The translations under genes were made by a program, and so were the position numbers. A stretch of DNA of 64,000 nucleotides, taken from assembly GCA_003971905.1 (NCBI GenBank), contig RSEE01000088.1, positions 124,001 to 188,000 of the forward strand, written 5' to 3'. The notes beneath the pieces are model-generated. The model was not told the DNA's origin, made no database searches, and saw nothing but the letters and a program-made list of their open reading frames with translations. The stretch comes from Moniliella sp. 'wahieum'. Its lineage: Eukaryota. Shown here in pieces: positions 1 to 13,508 of the stretch (positions are counted from its first letter, which is position 1; each line of letters opens with the position of its first letter).

Positions 1-2748
1 TCGCCGTCGCCGCCCCGGCCACTGGCACCCAGGTCCGTGGGCGTGGTGGGGAGAGGCGAGCCGCTCGTGTCAAGGGAGAGCTGTTCCACGAGGTGGACAA
101 GTACGTGGCCCGTGTGCGGGGCGGACCAGTACGCATGCGCCTGGGTCCGGCCGGCCTCGTGTTCCTTAGCGAGCATGACCACCACCTTGACCCCTTGTTC
201 CCAGATGGACGTCCAAAACGCATCAAACGTCGCGGGCAACGGCGCCTGCGTCACAATGTACCGTCGTTCACTGCCCCACTCCACGGCGGGTGCGGCAAAG
301 GACGCATTGAGGTAATCGCTACCCGGGTCCAGCGCCGTGCGCGGACAACGCAACCGGACACGCGTATGCTCAAAGGGCCAAATGTTATTGTAACGATTGT
401 CTTGTCCGCGCTCCAGTGCGGCGGCGATGCTAAATGGGAACCAACACCCATCATCGTCCTTTGCCGCGCCGTTGTGGCGTGTCGCAAGGGGTGAAGAGGA
501 AGGTTGCTGGTGTATGCTGGCGTTGGCATTGGAATTGGTGTTGGATGTGGAATTGGAGGTGGAGGAGGTGGAGGAGGCACCGGCCAAGCGCGGATCCGCC
601 ACCGTCTCGCTCAACCGGGCCAAGGTGGCATTGAGCCGAACCTGTTCCTGCCGATCAATGTCGTAAAAGTCATGGGCCAATCTCCAATCCCGTTCCGTCG
701 CCATTGCGTCCTCAGCCCCATTTCCATTCTCATCCCCACCCCCACCTCCACCCCGGTCCCCACTTTCACCCCCACCCGTCTCGGACAGCAGAGGCGGGAC
801 CAACGTTTGCAAAAACCGGGGCAACCGCGCTCGTTCCCACGCCGTCATGGCCGGTACACGCAGCGGTATTACCTCCGTCACCCCCTGGGCCAACTCGCGG
901 TTTTGACGCACATTATCAAAGAACGGATTGGCCGCTGCGGCGGCCAGGATGGTCGTCGTCCCACCGGTCCCAGCCGTGCCACCGGTCCCAACAGCCCCAA
1001 GGTTGCCAAGATTGCCAGTGGTGGTAGAGGAGATACCTGCACTTGATCCTGTCGTGGTTCCTGTGGTGGTGGCTCCTGCTGTGGCGTTTCCTGCTGCGGT
1101 GGTTCCGACTGTGGTGGCGGCGTTGGAGGACGTGGCGCCCCCCTGAACGGTGGTGAGGGTGGTAAATGCCTCGCTGGGCAGCGCGCCTGGTTGAACGAGG
1201 GCCTTGGTACGTGGTGTCGGGCCCAGCGGAGCGAGCGAGGCGGGTCCCGAAGCATACGGCACCTGCCCTGGTTGGGAGGCCAAGGCCGAGGCAAAGGATG
1301 AGGAAGGGGAAGAGGACGGGAGGGTGGTGGAGGAAGAAGCGCTAGGCGTAGGTCCGTCCCGGGCTTGCAGGTGGTGCCAGCCCGCCCGATTGGCCGCTGG
1401 GGTGGGCAAGGAGAGGGAGAAGCTCATAGCGCGTTGGCCGGAATTTAGAGACGGTGCTGCGGGCCTTGGTGGCACGCGCGAGCCGAAAGCCGATGTAGCA
1501 GCAGCAGCAGCAGGCGCAGCCGCCCGTGCCGACAAGGACGACAAGGACGACGATGGCAGCCGGAGCGCGGGCTCAGCGGCTCCCGCCGTATTCCCCGCTG
1601 GAGATGAAGTGGTGAGCGGGGTAATCGCACAGCCGTTGGAAGAGGAGGAAGCGAAGGTAGCAGTGGGCAAGGGGGTACGGGCGACGATGCGCGAGGCGTC
1701 GGGCAGGGCGGCGAGCGCAGCAAAGCCGCCCTTGACAAAGGCCAGTTGGCCCGCAAACGCTTGGTCGGCAAATTTGCGCAGCAAGCCTGCGATGCATGTC
1801 CCGCCACCGCCCAGGCCAGGCCGGCCGGCATCAGACAGTGAGGCCGTCGTCGCATCCAACACGACGATGCGTCGAATGGCGGTGCGCGGAGGCGAAACAG
1901 ACTCGCGCCAGCGATCAAACAGAAGACGTGGGGTGGGGCCCAGCTGGCCCTCGGCATTCCCGTCGGCATCTCCGAGCAACTCGGCGCTGACTTGGTCGAT
2001 GGTCACGCTCCGCCGCTTGAGAAGCGTCGAGGGCGCACATACATTAATGCTGCCACGGAGGCGGGCGGTGCGAAAGGCGTTGGCGGGACGAATGTCAAGG
2101 AGGAGCAGGTCCGAGGGCGGGGAAAGCGGGTGGGTCGAGGGTGACGTCGAATTGGAGGAGGGGGTGGGGAGGGGCAACCATCCTTCAATCAGCTCAGCAG
2201 GCGACAGAGATACAATCCCAGACCGGAACGCGGCCTCGGCCGGGTCGAGGCGGGGCGGCGGGTGGGCGGGGGACTTGGTCCTGGTCATCGGCACGGGCCC
2301 GGGGAGCGGGACGGGGAGCGAGAGGCCGCGGGACATGCGGGCCGAGGGGGGCAGGCTGAGTCGCATCCCGCCCGCGACGGGTCCGCCAATGGCCAGCGCC
2401 GGTGCCGGGGCAGGGGCGGGCTCGGGTGCGGGTGCAGGGGGCGGGTGCAGGTGCAGGGGAGGAGCGGGGGCCGGGGCCTGGGACGGGGAAAGGGCCGGGG
2501 CCGGGGAGGCAGCCGGGGCAAAAAAGCCCCCGGCCTGGGACACACGCTGGGCATTTTCGGCGCCGCCGGGAAGGATGGTGAGGGAGCTGATGTGGGTGTC
2601 GAGCTGGCCGGGGGTGGGTGGGGGCCCGGGCTGGGCGGCGTCGGAGGTGGCGGTGGTGGTGGTGGGGGCAAAGAGGGCGGCCCAGGGATGGGAGGGGTCG
2701 TGTGGCGGAGGCTCGGGGGCGTCGTCGGGGGCGGCAGGGGGGGGGCAT
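1..2748 (-). CDS. Rhodanese-domain protein tyrosine phosphatase (Ptp2/Ptp3/Pyp1-like MAPK phosphatase); 3' end runs off the window
   Basis: My translation of the minus frame shows a rhodanese-like segment (LLLDIRPANAFRTARLRGSINVCAPSTLLKRR, ~2010-2107) and PTP motifs NRYNNIWPFEHTRVRL, DYLNAS and YIVTQAPLPATFDAFW (~210-397) in the same frame. It is absent from the ORF track, consistent with no stop before the window edge. First clean in-frame ATG is at 2336; the likely true ATG at 2748 is offset by a C9 homopolymer. Confidence 0.85.
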
Positions 2749-2928
2749 GGGGGCGGGCGGTGGTGGCGACGGCGGCGACGGAGGCGATGGGCGGCGGCGC
2801 GACCGAGGGAAGGCAGATGGAGAAGCCAGGCTGGATGCGAACGTTGAACATTGCATCTTCCCACTTGGGCTCAGCACTTGCGGCCGCCCACGCACGGCGC
2901 CAGTGCCGGCGCGTGTGCATGACGCACA

Positions 2929-3003
2929 TGACGTCACCCTCGCTGCCCCTTGCACCGGGTGACGTCAGGGTGGGGGCGCAAGGGAGGGGGTGGGATGACG
3001 TCA
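2929..3003. promoter_or_regulatory. Cluster of three perfect CRE/ATF sites (TGACGTCA) upstream of the PTP gene
   Basis: TGACGTCA at 2929-2936, 2960-2967 and 2996-3003, plus a TGACGCA variant at 2920-2926, about 180-250 bp upstream of the likely ATG. Confidence 0.7.
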
Positions 3004-3093
3004 GGGCGGCTATGATGCTACGTGTGCTACCTTGGGACACAGCTGATTGGAGGGATCTTAGATCCAAGGGCGAAGATCGGATCAGCCGTCGGC

Positions 3094-5418
3094 CTACTCG
3101 TCCCACGTCGGCAGCCACTGGGCGTAGCGGGCGTGGTGGGCGTCGTCGCCGACAAACTCCCACCCCACCTCGAACGGCGCAGCGGCAAATCCCTCGGCCT
3201 CCGTCGGAGCCTGGAACGCAGAACGGTACGTGTGGAACGCAATCGCAGGCACCAGCCCACGCTTCTCGTCTTCGTCTTGGCCGCCGCCGCCTCCTTCTTG
3301 GCCGGCCGGCTGCGCACCACGTTCTGGTGCCACGCCTGCTCCAGCGGCACGGCCAGATGCACGCAGTACGCCGCCACGCCCATCTCCCGCCCAATCGCCT
3401 GTTCCACATGCCCAGCCACACACACACGCCACTCCCGTCAGTACACAGCCTCCTTCATCTACCATTCGTCGCGCACAAGGGAGAACAGAGAAGGACAAAA
3501 ACGTACTAGGTACAGCGCCCTTGTCGCCTTGTCCCGATTCGTATTGTCAATCACCACGGACTGCCCCTGACTTAGGAAGAGGCGCGTCTGGCGCAGACAC
3601 TTGGCACGCGAGCCCAACCGGTCCTGGTTCAGGTGCACATACCCGCGCGGCGCAAACACCCGACGGTAGTACGACGACTTGCCCGACCCAGGCGCCCCGA
3701 CAAACACGACCAGTTGTGGCGCCTGAGACGCCTCCTTCGTCTCCGCCTCGCTCGCGCCGTCCTTGTTATCCTTGCCGTCCTTGGAGGCGGAGGGGGGATT
3801 CAAAATCCACGGCGGGACGGCCTCAGGGCGAGGCTGAGTTTGAGCAAGGGCCAGCGCCGTGCGTGCGTCAAACCCACGCAACGTCATGCCTTCTTCCTCC
3901 ACTGCCGGGCCTTGAGTCTGGTCCAAAAAGTACGCTTCAGGGGTGAAAAAGCGCAGGCCGGCGTTCAATGCAAACTTGCGATCCGTGTCCCGCACATCGG
4001 CCGCGACACGGGTACGGTGGGTGCTGTGGACATATGCCTTTCGTCCGGCCAAGTCGCCCACAAAATAGGATTGCAACGCTGGCGGTGCGTTACCACACAC
4101 TGCGACCTGCGAGCGCGCTTGGCCCAGCGGCTGGATCCCTGCTTCTCCATGTCTTTCTCCTCCTTCGTTTGTGATCTTTGTTTCCGGATGGTGCATGGCT
4201 TTGCCCATCTCTGGGCCCTTGGCGTTGTCGGGCGAGGCGGCCCAAATGTGGGTGAGGAGGTAGTGCCACATGCCGGGTTGTGGCTTGCGGAATTCATCCT
4301 TGGCCAAGCTGGCGAACACGTACGCTGGTACGCCCAAGCCGTGCACAATGTGACGTACTTTTTTCTTCCACACCTCAAGCGCGGGCGACAAGGGGGGTGG
4401 GCCGCCCCGCCGCCCACAGGCAGACGGGACGAACGCGACGACCCAAAGGAAAGGGAAGTTTGCGAGGAACGAGACGAGCCAGAAGAACGGGAGGCAGGGG
4501 TAGAACCGCGAGGCGGTTTTTGCAGTTGGTTGGAACAGAGGACAATAATCTGTCCTTGCGCATACGCCGCTTGCACTTTGCGCACCACGCTCGGGTACAG
4601 AAACACAAAGTCAAACTCATCGGTCGGATTGGGAAAGCGCTGCACCGATGGAAAACGTCGGTAGGTAGAGTAGGTCGATAGGTAGAACAAAGAGGGTAGG
4701 TAGCATCCCGCACACCGTCTAGTCAGCCAACAATGTTTCTCCTTTCCACTGTCCCCTTTCCAGCTGGCCAGCTTCCCAGTTCAAAAGGGTTCCCCACCGG
4801 GAGGGGGCAGGAGGGTGGGACACCTATCTCGCAACGCCTTCCCTTTGGGAGGTGTTTGCTTCTGGGAGACAATTGAGATGGGAGGGGGTAGAGGGGACAT
4901 ACCTTATTCTCCTTTTTGCCAGCGGCCGGCTTAGGTTTGACCAAGGTCCAGTCCAGATCAAATAGCGCAAACTGGACCAAGGGGCGCTCGGCCCCCGGTT
5001 GCTTCTCATTCTCCGTCGCCGTCTCTTCATCTTTTGGCGTCTCCGCCGTTTCCTCCTCCTCCTCGGCCGTGTCTTCCTTGTCCTTGGCCTTCTGCTCCTT
5101 CACCTGCTCCTGCTCGTTCTTCTCCGTCTCCTCGTCATTCTGCTTCTGCTTCTGCACCAACAACGCCAACGCCTTCTCCGCCGGCTGGCCCACCTGGCCT
5201 ACCAACAGCGTGCCTCTTGGCCCGGCCGTACGCCAGGCGGTCGTCATTGACCCACCAAACCACCGCGTGCTCTCGCTCTGACTCTTGGGCCCACTCGCGG
5301 GTCGTGCCGAGGCAGGCGGCGAGTGCGAACGCGAGCGCTTGTCGTCAGTGTCGACGGGGCTGGTGCTGCGGAGGTGGGAGAATTTGCGTTTGGTGCCAGT
5401 GGGGTGCGGAGGCGGCAT
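3094..5418 (-). CDS. PNK1: Bifunctional polynucleotide 3'-phosphatase/5'-kinase (PNKP/Pnk1)
   Basis: HAD motifs FDLDWTL, FRKPQPGMW, FVGDLAGR and DTDRKFALNAGLRFFTPEAYF; kinase P-loop GAPGSGKS, then NQDRL and VVIDNTN. Introns ~4640-4902 and ~3399-3506. Apparent frameshifts near 4395 and 3300. Confidence 0.88.
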
Positions 5419-6824
5419 GGTGCGTACGACCCAGTGGAGCGGATACAGCTGGTGGTGGTGGAGAAGGTGAAGAAGAGGCAAAGGGGCACTGCGCATCCAT
5501 CCACTTCAGGTCGGGGATGGCGTGTGCACGGGGAGGAAATGCGTACTGTTTGCGTGCTCTTAGTCCGCACCCAGTACTCCGTCTGAGGACTCACGCAAGG
5601 CCGACGGCGGACGAGATGGATGAGAAAGAGCGCGTTCGGCGTTCGGCTTTTGGCCAGCGTTCCAGCGTGTCCAGCGGCCTGGGACGGGGGGGTAGGGTGG
5701 TCGGAATTATTGGTCCCACACGGACCTTGGTGAAGCTCCAAGCTCCAAGCTTCAACGTTTCAACTCGAACCAACCGCCGCCTCGGTTCTCACTCTCGGTT
5801 CTCAATCTCACCATCTCCCTTCCTATAAAATTGGAACGGGTTTTCTTTCCCCGTTGCGTAAATTTGTACATCAGCATGCCGCCTGGCACGTTCCAGGCAG
5901 CCACAGCCAGGCCGATGCACATGGGTGAGAAAATTCGCCCCTGCAGCGTGGACCGGTGGCTACGGTGGCGACAGGGGAACGGTGGCTAAGGTGGCGACAC
6001 AGCAGACCGGGCCGGTGGTCTCCTCGTGTTCAACTAACGCGCGACTTTACTCATGCCGTACCAGTCTGAGATCTGACCCATCAACGCATCCTTTCTCGGT
6101 TGCCATCGCCCAGTGTCCAGGGTGCTGTCGACCATCATGCATCACCATCCGTACCGGGCAATCGACCACTACCTTACTAGTCACTGGCAGAAGGTCCAGA
6201 AGTGCCTATCCATGCCCACCCGTACCGAGGAAGAAGGAGTTACTAGTTGACTGAGGGGCCTATCGATAATCGGCGATAGCTGACCCTCGCTGAGTGGAGA
6301 GTCGTGGAGATGAATGCTTCTTCCAGCGGATACAGGAGAAGCGAAAGAGGGGCAGGAGGATCGACCTGACCGCTGTACTCTTCGCGCGTGCACACACCCC
6401 GTGTCCATCTCCCCAGGGTGCCCAGGAGCCATGTGAAAGCTCCTGCCAGTATATACACCATCCACGCGCGCTTCTCGCCCCTGTGGCCCACACCTCGCTC
6501 GCGCACGCAGGGCCAGACAAGAGGGGAGCAATCCGGTCCGCACCCCCACCCCCCTCACCAGTCCCGAACGAGGAATCATCTCCCCAGTCTCCCCACCTGG
6601 CGGTAGACACAGCAGGACATACGGGTCATACAAGCGCATGCAAGGGCGTGGAGGGAGCAAAAGAACCGCAGGCGGGTCTCTCCGACCCACACGGCACAAA
6701 ACAAAAAGAGAAGCAGAGAAGCAGAGAAGCAGTATGAGATGAGATAGGATGGGATGGGAGGAGGACCCCCCCCCCACCACCAGGCTCCCAGCCGTATTGG
6801 ATCAAACCCCAACGGTGCGAGTGG

Positions 6825-7887
6825 TTAGCGTACATTGGGTTGCTGGGCCGCGGCGTGCGCCTGCCGGACGCCGGGCACGGGCGCATCGGCTCCCGTTGCC
6901 GCGCCAATCTCCAACCGTTCCCCCGGTGGCTTGGGAACCTGCAGTGCCAGCCCACGGAAGCCAAGGTAATACACCCGACTCACATCCCCGCCCACCGCGT
7001 CCGACTGGTTCATCCAAACACATAGGCATACCCAATCGCATCAGCTTCCTTACTCCACTCGCCATCGCGAGCGCACACACGCCCGCACACACGCACATAC
7101 GACCCCCGTCCTCCTTCCCATCCGATTCCAACCCAAGAAAGCACGACGTACGAAAACAAGGCTGAGCGAAGTTACGTTGGTAAAACGTGCTGCTCCCAGT
7201 GGATACTCGGTCACGCCCCCAACGCCTTCCAACAGGGCAAAGTCCGCTTGTGGCTTGCCCGACCGTACGTTTCCCGTGGCACCGGCCCGCGTCGCGGCAC
7301 GCATCGATCCCAGAGAAAGCGATCGAACCCCTTGCTCGTCGACCCCGGTTTCAGCTTCGGACGAGGTCGATCCGTCGCTACCCCTCCCCATCGACGAAGC
7401 TGCCAACGTAGATGGCGAGGGAAGATGCAGATGGCGAGGTAGAGTGCGTAAGATCAGGCGGCGAAGGCATTGTACCGTCGTCCGAGGCAGCTTGTACCTC
7501 ATCAAAGTCAAGCCCATGTAAGCGATTGACAAACAAACGTACCCTGCGCGGCGCAAACTCGCCCGGGCCCGGACGCAGCAGCACACTCTTGATCGTTACA
7601 GGCGTGACAAAGGGGACGGTGAGGATCATGCTATCGTCCACTCCAGACTCGGCATAGGGATCCACCGTCTCGCGTGCGTCCCAGGGCTTGATGGGCGCTT
7701 TGGCACCGTGGAGGGGGTCCGATAGGTTGACCCCATGCACTTGGCCGAGAAAGATGAGCGGGTAGAGGTTGCGCCGGTCGTCGCAACTTTCGGGCGCAGC
7801 GGCTGCACTGCCACCGTCAGCGCCGCCGCCACCGCTACGGGCGCTGCGCCGATCCACCCCACTCGCCTCGTCGTTGCAGCTGCTCAT
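6825..7887 (-). CDS. PITH domain-containing protein (PITHD1-like)
   Basis: ESGVDDSMILTVPFVTPVTIKSVLL, VRLFVNRLHGLDFDEV, EYPLGAARFTNVTSLSL and SRVYYLGFRG match the PITH pattern. Intron 7005-7151; one frameshift near 7400. Confidence 0.8.
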
Positions 7888-8715
7888 GGGGAGGAGCGGG
7901 GGACGGGAAACGCTAGACTACTTGGGGCGCACGGTGGCGTGGCGAGGGCCAGGTGGCCCTGTTCCGCCGTGGGGATTCCGCCTGGCGATGCGATGGGCAG
8001 GATGTGCACCATGTACGAACGGTGAACATTTGACCAGTGCAATTGAATATTGAACATGGAAGGTCGAAGTGGATGTTACGTTGAATGTTTCGCTCCAACA
8101 ATTTCCATCCGGCGAGCGAGGCGGCGAGCAACTTGGGCTCGTGGCGCTCGGGAGGCAGGCTGTCGCATCCGTCGGAGCGACGAGGCGGCGGGCCCGTGAC
8201 AGCTCATCGCTCGCGGTCAGCGCGCCTCTTGTGCCATCCGCCCTGCTCCCGGCGATCTGCACGGGCGCCCTTGTGCCCAACGCAGCTCGCTCGGCCCAGA
8301 CGGGAAAGAGCAGTCGAGCGTGGTCGGAGCAGCGCAGAGCAGCGCCCGTAGGCTGGGAGGCGGGATGGCTGGCCGCGCATGCGCGCACGCTCGCCGGCGA
8401 GCGCCCCGGCAGCGCTGTCGGCCGAGTGTCTATTCTGTCCTCTTCTCGTCTCCCTCGCTCTCGCGCGGTGGGGCTAGTCACCGACGCAGTGGGGGGATGC
8501 CACCCACACGCGCCCCGGCGCCCATTCACTACAAGCCATACCACGTCCCCCCTATATAGTCGTCCCAGCCCTCTCTTCTCCACCGTTCGGAGCTTCTTCC
8601 ATCCACCCCTCTTTCTCCCTCTCCTACCCGCCGCCACCTTTTTTCCCTCCCCGCCGCTTCGGCCGTTTGGGTTGCTATCTATTGGCCTATTGCTTTGTCC
8701 TTGGCGCAGGCGACC

Positions 8716-10099
8716 ATGCACATTCCCATCTGGGCCCTCGGCCTCACCACGTCCATCCTGGGCGCCGCGGCCGCCACCCCCTCGACGCACCCCAACCATC
8801 TCGCCGTGGCCCAAGCCCAAGCCCGTGCCGGCTCAGGCTCCGGCTCGGGCGCGGGCGCGGGCTCGGGATCGGGATCGGGCAGCAAACCCAAATTCACCTA
8901 CCAACCACCGAGCAACACCTTCCCTGGTGTTGTGGCCTCGGGCAAAATGGGCCCGACCAACCCAGACAAGCCGCAGCTCAACACGCCCATCAATCAAACT
9001 TCCGAAGCACGTCTGGCCTCGCTCAACTCGATTGACGATTGGTGCACGTTTGGCCCGGAACCGTTGCACAACAAAGACACGTTGGGCGACTTGGAAGCCA
9101 CCACGGTCGCCTACTGCACCAAGCCGCGCAACAATGCCAGGGTGATTGTACGTCTTTGTTTTCCTTCGTGCAGAGTTTCTTTTTGGAAGATGCAGAGAAA
9201 CAACCCAAACTAACCATCACCATCGTCTCCGTTTTGCTCTCTTTCCCTCTCAATCTCCTTTCCAACCCTTGTTTGGCTTGGCCTGTGTATGTATATATGT
9301 GGGTATGTGCGGGTAGCCCGACGGGTCGATCAAGACGGCGTCCTTTATTCGCACGCCGCTGTACATTGAGCTGCACGCGACGGGCGACTTTACTTCGATC
9401 AACTTTGCCCCTGGTGACTCGGGCGGCGAGCTGGATCCGCACGGCGCGACCAACAAGGGCAACCCCGTCGGCGGCAACGTCACCTCCAACGTTGTCGATG
9501 GCAAAACCGATGTGTCGTACCAAGAGTGGATGAACTATGTGTCAGCGACCGAATTGTGTTTCCGGGTGTGCATTGCCGGTTCGTCCGATGCGACGCCGGC
9601 AGAGATTTGCCAGCACACGTTGGACGAGGTGGGCTGTTCGTGGATCATGCCCCAAGCGCCGTCCAACTCGGCGTTTGAAACGTGCGATGCGGATGCTGCC
9701 TACCCACCGGGCCAGTACCCTGAACCCAACGGTAGCACCTCCACGTTCCAACAGTACTTTACTGGCGTCTATACCGTCAATGGCCAAACCAAGGGATACA
9801 CCAATGGTGCCTCGGACGAAAAGACACCCAGTGCAGCCTACTCCGTCCCGTCCTCGAGCAACTGCAAGCCCCAGCCGTCGCCTAGCAATGGGATTGCGTC
9901 GCTCAAGGTGGGCGGGGCGAGTTCGGGATCGGGATCGGGATCGGGATCGAAACCGACGGGCACGGCCAAAGGCGCGTCGGGGTCCGGATCCTCAGGTCAT
10001 GGCTCTTCCACCAGTGGCACCGCCACACTCGGTGCGGGGGGGCATGCTGTGTTGTACTGGCTCGTGACTGCGTTCGTGGGGGGCGCCGTGTTGGCCTAA
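8716..10099 (+). CDS. Secreted, probably GPI-anchored glycoprotein of the Cryptococcus MP88 / macrophage-activating glycoprotein family
   Basis: Signal peptide MHIPIWALGLTTSILGAAAA; motifs SIDDWCTFGP, VAYCTKPRNNAR, GDSGGELDPHG, NPVGGNV, YQEWMNY, CQHTLDEVGC; S/G-rich linker and hydrophobic C-terminus. Intron 9148-9316. Confidence 0.8.
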
Positions 10100-11601
10100 T
10101 GTCTCTTCTGAGTAGAAAGACGAACAAGATGCAAAAGAGGAGCAAGATGAGTGGCGGGGAGAAGGAACGGATCGGATTTCTCCTCCATCAATAATCAAAC
10201 CCTCCTCTCCTCCGCCTCTGCCCGCTGTTTTGCCTTGTGGAGCGACTACTCCGTTTTGTTTTTGGCTTGATGAGAACAGTTTTGATTTTTGACATGCACG
10301 TCTGGGTCGTGGTGTACCGCTACCGTGTTTGCCCGCACCGGGTAGGTAGGTTGGAGCGACAGTTGATGATATAGGAAGGACTGATCCACGGTAAACGATG
10401 GGCACAGGCTTGGGAGCTCGGAAGCAGTGATTTTGGACCCGCCGTTTCCGTTGGGTCAGTCCCCTCGTCTCTATACGATATAGCCCCGTTGGCATCTGCT
10501 ATCCATGTGTTTAGGCTGGCTCTACCGGACGTGAAGAATCACACAGATCACGGTCCGTCCTGTGGGCCTCCAAAAGAAAGCTAGATAGTAGATCTCCCTA
10601 AACTTAGTGGACACCGGGCCTCTCACTTCTCGCTCTATGGTGTGGCTAGGTCAGTTCTCGTGTCCATGGGGTACCGCCGGACGCATGGGGGACCTACTCC
10701 TGAAAAAGTGGCCTCCATACGCTGTTTATTACGAAAAGAAACGAGTGTGCGGTAGGTACGCTGACGCCATGCGTAGTTTCTACGGACCGAGTCGAGAAGG
10801 TTACTATACGAGGCTTGCCCATCCCATCGCACAGAGACAGGAGGGGTAATAAAACAGTTAGGGTGTATCGGTTGTGGTAGGTCGGTTGGAGAGATGTAGT
10901 ACAGCAAAACTTGGACTGCCGTGAGTCCACCCTTTTGTTCTGCTGCCTTCAAGAGACCCAAGGCGCGAGAGCGGACCAAAGGGGCTGGTGCAAGCGTGCG
11001 GTAACTTGCCGTCGCCGCTTGTAGCATGCACACAATCCGCACGACCTGAGTTCGTGCAATGGGAGAGGAGGGAAAAGGTGGATTTGCACGTGCAGGGGAA
11101 CGTTGAAGATTGAAGGTGGAAGGTTGAAGCGTGCCGGTGGCAGCTTTGTCGCATATAACAAAAAGCTGGAAGGGTGATCGAGCGAGGGAACCCGCAATGG
11201 CGAGAAAGGGGAATGGTATGCCAAAGCAACAAGAGGTGCGGACGGAGGGGAGAAAAAAGAACAAAGAACATTGAACGGTACAACCGCGATACGAGCATCG
11301 CAACCGAAGATGCAGTATGCATCATGTTCGGTTGCATGGATCCAAGCAGGACGTAACCCATGTAACCCATTCCCATGTAAACAAAAAAACGTATACGTTA
11401 AATCCGAGCCAGCAGGACCGTAGCAGCACGAGCGAAACGGGCGGGTGGCCGCAGGAGACCGGCGAGGGAAACAAGAGAAGGAGGGGGGGATCCAGAAAGA
11501 GCGCAAGAGGGAAGGACCCTGCAAAAGACAGTTACCGCAAGCAATCGCTGACCCACTCGACTGCCGCATTGTACAGCCTGCCCACCGCACCGCCTCCCAT
11601 T

Positions 11602-13508
11602 TCACCCAACAAGACGCGGAACCCGTAGACGGCGGCATCGGCCTGGGTCAGCAGCGCCTGTTCGTCCCTGTAAGCTGGCAGGCGAACGGGGAGGAATGCG
11701 GCCGCGGTGGCTGATCCGGAAGCCCATCCCGAGGGGGCTGCGGCAGGGCGGAGAGAAGAAGAAAAAAGAAGAAGGATTAGCGTAACTGGCTCGGGAGGCG
11801 TGCCAGCCTTGCACGCAGCGGCAGTGTAACAAGACGGCCAAGACGATAGCAGCGTGCCAAGCTTGGTGGGCGTGGCCGATAAAGTCGAATCGGCCTGGGT
11901 ACCACGATTCGGGGAAATTGGTTGCGTAAAAGAGCAGGCCTGTTAGGTAGGCCAGCAGACTAGGTGCCAGGGGAGGAGGTAGGCTACTGTTTTGTACACG
12001 CCATGGGCACAGGCGGCATGAACGACGGGCAAAGCACCGATGCCGGCCAAGGCGAGGAAGACAACGATGCGGTACGTCTTGTGGGCATTGAAAGCGGGGA
12101 CGAAAGGCAAGATGGTACAGATGATGGCCAAGACGCCCGTCAGGGCGACGTAGGCCCAGATGATGTTGGCCTGCCAGTAAAACAAGTTGTACACCACGGT
12201 CCATTCGCTCGCAGCATCAGCCACGCAATGCCAGTGTAGTCCACACACGCAAACAGGGTAAAGTACTCAATGTCGGCACAGCCCGCCATGACATGCCACG
12301 TCACGCTAAATGCCATGCACTCGATCGAGGCGCCCATGTAGACCCAGGAGATGATCTTGTCCATCGGCGTTGTCTCGGATCCTAGCACGCCCGACGACGC
12401 CACTGGGAACAAGGTGGGGGCCAAAAGGACCAACACAATGCCAACCAAGTGAAGCCAGACATTGAGGGTCTCGTTGTGCCATTCAAAGGTGCTCTGGAGC
12501 AACTTGGGCCAGCGCTTGACGGGAATGAAGCGGTAGCCCGTCAAGATGTACTCGTTGTTCCGCCACAGTTCTGGCAAGTCGGCATAGGTGATCAAGCGGC
12601 GGCCTTCGGCGGCCAATTCGAGCGCGGCATAGTACAGGCGCTGTTCCAGTCCTTCCGCCAGGCCCTCTGCTTGGCCCTTGGCACGGGACACGGCATCCCA
12701 TGCCCCGGCACTCCACTCAGCCATGCGCAGCTCGAGGGTCTTGGTGGCCTGAGCAGTGCGGAGACGAAGAGAATCCAACTCGATGTTCCATTCCCCCTCG
12801 ACGGCCTCGGTGGCCGCGTCGAGGTGGGCCTTGAGACTGGTCAGGAGGGCACCAACGTCAGAGGAGACATCGGCCACCTTGTTCACCATGCCTTCCGGGG
12901 AGACGCGGTTGAGAACCATGCGCAGCTGGTCGCGCGCAGCGGCAAGATGAGCATGAAGCGTATCCGACTCGGCCCAGCCACTAAGGCGCGCCTCTAGGGC
13001 CGAGACATGGGCCAGAACACTGTCCTTGACACCCGCCAGAGCAAGGGGAATGCTCGGCGGCAGGTCGAGATAGTCGAGAGCATGTCCGGGTGGTAGCCCA
13101 CCGTCGACGTGATGGATGCCGCGGACGATCGACGGGGGCGGCGGCGGAGGGTGGTGGGGCAAGGGCAGAGCAGAGGCAGAGAGAGGCAGAGGCAGAGGTG
13201 CTGGGCGCAGCCGAGGTGGGGTTGGGGAGGGCAAGGGGGTGGAGGGTGGGGTGTGGCTGGGGGTGGGGGTGGAGGCAGAGGCAGAGGCGGCAGAGGAGGG
13301 AGGAGGTGGCGGATCGGGGGTGCGTTGGTGTCGGACTCGTCGGCGCTGGTGATGTCGTCGTCGGTGGGCACGGCGGTGGCAAAGCCGACGTCGAGGGCGA
13401 GCGGGGAGAGGCGGCAGGGGCGGATGGGCGGGGGAAGCGTGCGAGGCGGGAGACGGCGGCGAGGATGCTGGTGTCGGGCGTCGACGCGGCGCGGCGGTGG
13501 GCACGCAT
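11602..13508 (-). CDS. PAQR / haemolysin-III family membrane protein (Izh3-like) with long N-terminal extension
   Basis: WRNNEYILTGYR, HNETLNVWLH, FSVTWH, VDYTGI, FYATNFPESWYPGRFDFIGHAHQAWH (the PAQR Zn-binding His motifs). Split over at least three frames by indels; start and stop are approximate. Confidence 0.8.

Noticed and set aside
1204..3509. Long plus-strand ORFs (547 aa, 415 aa)
   Set aside because: Antisense shadows of the GC-rich PTP and PNKP genes, with no motifs.
3094..5418. PNKP as a partner of the RNA-repair fusion
   Set aside because: It is 21 kb away, is a conserved DNA-repair housekeeping gene, and shows no evidence of linkage.
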